64,000 nt of DNA. Source: a bacterium (GTDB lineage Bacteria; Gemmatimonadota; Gemmatimonadetes; Longimicrobiales; RSA9). Shown in pieces: positions 63,162-64,000 of this stretch; the first letter of the stretch is position 1, and every line of letters begins with the position of its first letter. The notes below the pieces were generated by a model, which was not told the DNA's origin, did no database searches, and saw only the letters and a program-made list of their open reading frames with translations. The stretch spans positions 7,660 to 71,659 of the forward strand of contig QGVH02000009.1 of NCBI GenBank assembly GCA_003242735.2, given 5' to 3'. The position numbers were made by a program, and so were the translations under genes.

Positions 63162-63189
63162 TTGACAATACTAAACGGTATAGTTTACT
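63162..63189 (+). promoter_or_regulatory. Promoter plus imperfect palindromic operator of the MFS gene, implying a leaderless mRNA
   Basis: TTGACA (63162-67), a 16-nt spacer, then TTTACT (63184-89). Only 6 nt separate the -10 from ATG 63196 and there is no SD. The inverted repeat ACTAAAC (63170-76) / GTTTACT (63183-89) has a 6-nt spacer and one mismatch. The region is an AT-rich island in a 70% GC context. Confidence 0.5.
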
Positions 63190-63195
63190 TAGGCC

Positions 63196-64000
63196 ATGGA
63201 CAGGATCGACCGCCGGCTCGCCGCCCTCGCCGCCGTCCTGCTGTGCGGCGCGGTCCCGGCGCTCATGGACGCGACGATGGTGAACGTCGCGGTCGAGGCG
63301 CTGGCCGCCGACCTGGACGGGACCCTGACCGACGCGCAGTGGGTGGTGACCGGCTACCTCCTCGCCACCACGGTCGGGATCCCGCTGGTCGGCTGGGGGC
63401 TGGACCGCTTCGGCGCCCGGGCGCTGTGGACCTTCGCCCTGGCGCTGTTCGCCGCCGGCTCGGCGCTCTGCGGGGTGGCGTGGTCGCTCAGGAGTCTCGT
63501 CGTGTTCCGCATCGCCGCAGGTCTCGGCGGCGGCCTGGTCCTGCCGCTCGTCCAGGCGATCATCGCGGCCGCCGCGGGGCCGCTGCGCGTGGGGCGCGCG
63601 ATGCTCCTGCTCACCGTGCCGGGGCAGTTCGTGATGATCCTGGGCCCGGTGTTCGGCGGTCTGATCATCGAGTCTCTGGGCTGGCGCTGGACGTTCTTCT
63701 CGCAGGCCCCTCTGTGCGCCGCCGCGGCGGTGCTCGGATGGTGGCGGGTGCCGAGCGGGCGACGGAACGGGAGCTCCCGGCTCGACGTCGTCGGGTTCGC
63801 ACTGCTGCTGCCTGCGCTGGTGATGCTGGTCCACGGCCTCTCGAGCCTCCGGCCGGAAGGTGTGCGGGAGGTGAGCACCGGAGCGGTCGCAGCCACCGCG
63901 TGGGGAGCACCCGCGACCGCCCTCCCGCCCTCCACCTGGGTTCTCGCCGGGGGTGTGCTCCTCGTCGGCTTCGTCGCTCACGCGCTCCGTGGCCGGGCCA
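63196..64000 (+). CDS. MFS transporter (DHA2/EmrB-like). The 3' end runs off the right edge.
   Basis: It is not in the ORF track because no stop lies in the window. Manual translation from ATG 63196 gives MDRIDRRLAALAAVLLCGAVPALMDATMVNVAVEALAADLDGTLTDAQWVVTGYLLATTVGIPLVGWGLDRFGAR..., a typical drug:H+ antiporter N-terminus. Confidence 0.85.
   Translation, partial: MDRIDRRLAALAAVLLCGAVPALMDATMVNVAVEALAADLDGTLTDAQWVVTGYLLATTVGIPLVGWGLDRFGARALWTFALALFAAGSALCGVAWSLRSLVVFRIAAGLGGGLVLPLVQAIIAAAAGPLRVGRAMLLLTVPGQFVMILGPVFGGLIIESLGWRWTFFSQAPLCAAAAVLGWWRVPSGRRNGSSRLDVVGFALLLPALVMLVHGLSSLRPEGVREVSTGAVAATAWGAPATALPPSTWVLAGGVLLVGFVAHALRGRA

Noticed and set aside
1-64000. CRISPR arrays, IS elements, integrases, prophage genes, toxin-antitoxin pairs, rRNA and tRNA genes
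   Set aside because: I found no regularly spaced direct repeats, no transposase or integrase-like translations, and no structured RNA gene signatures when reading both strands. This is a visual scan only.

Overview
This is a high-GC (about 70%) bacterial chromosomal window with about 50 protein genes. I saw no rRNA, tRNA, CRISPR array, transposase or integrase. The gene content points to a diderm, possibly Gemmatimonadota-like, but that is inference only. It includes two carboxypeptidase-regulatory-domain TonB-dependent receptors, a decayed 6-bladed beta-propeller gene, a GldA/GldF-GldG type ABC system and an ECF sigma factor with a C-terminal extension flanked by YCII/DGPF genes. Many long Arg/Pro/Gly-rich ORFs in the six-frame track are antisense or off-frame shadows of the real genes and were discarded. 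Housekeeping content includes an M16 peptidase (partial), sodC, nadA-nadC, a PPi-type phosphofructokinase, cysK, an Xaa-Pro aminopeptidase, a Zn metalloprotease, OsmC, an amidohydrolase, an EEP-family protein and a TetR/MFS pair. The main result is a lasso-peptide (RiPP) gene cluster on the minus strand at about 30.6-39.1 kb. It encodes an Asn-synthetase-like cyclase, split B1 (PqqD) and B2 (transglutaminase-like protease) proteins, an HPr-kinase-like kinase, a nucleotidyltransferase and a two-component ABC exporter. It also carries two short precursor genes of 46 and 49 codons. Both are hidden inside long spurious ORFs of the track, and both end in Arg-Ser. Each precursor is preceded by a nearly identical 48-nt double-hairpin element. 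A second conserved non-coding block suggests a segmental duplication in which one cyclase copy was lost. Secondary items are a stand-alone GHKL/MORC-like ATPase, an Oar-like outer-membrane receptor fused to a Spy/CpxP-like LTxxQ domain, a terminator-like hairpin in the nadA leader, several TTGACA-type promoters (two implying leaderless mRNAs) and a multiply frameshifted pseudogene.
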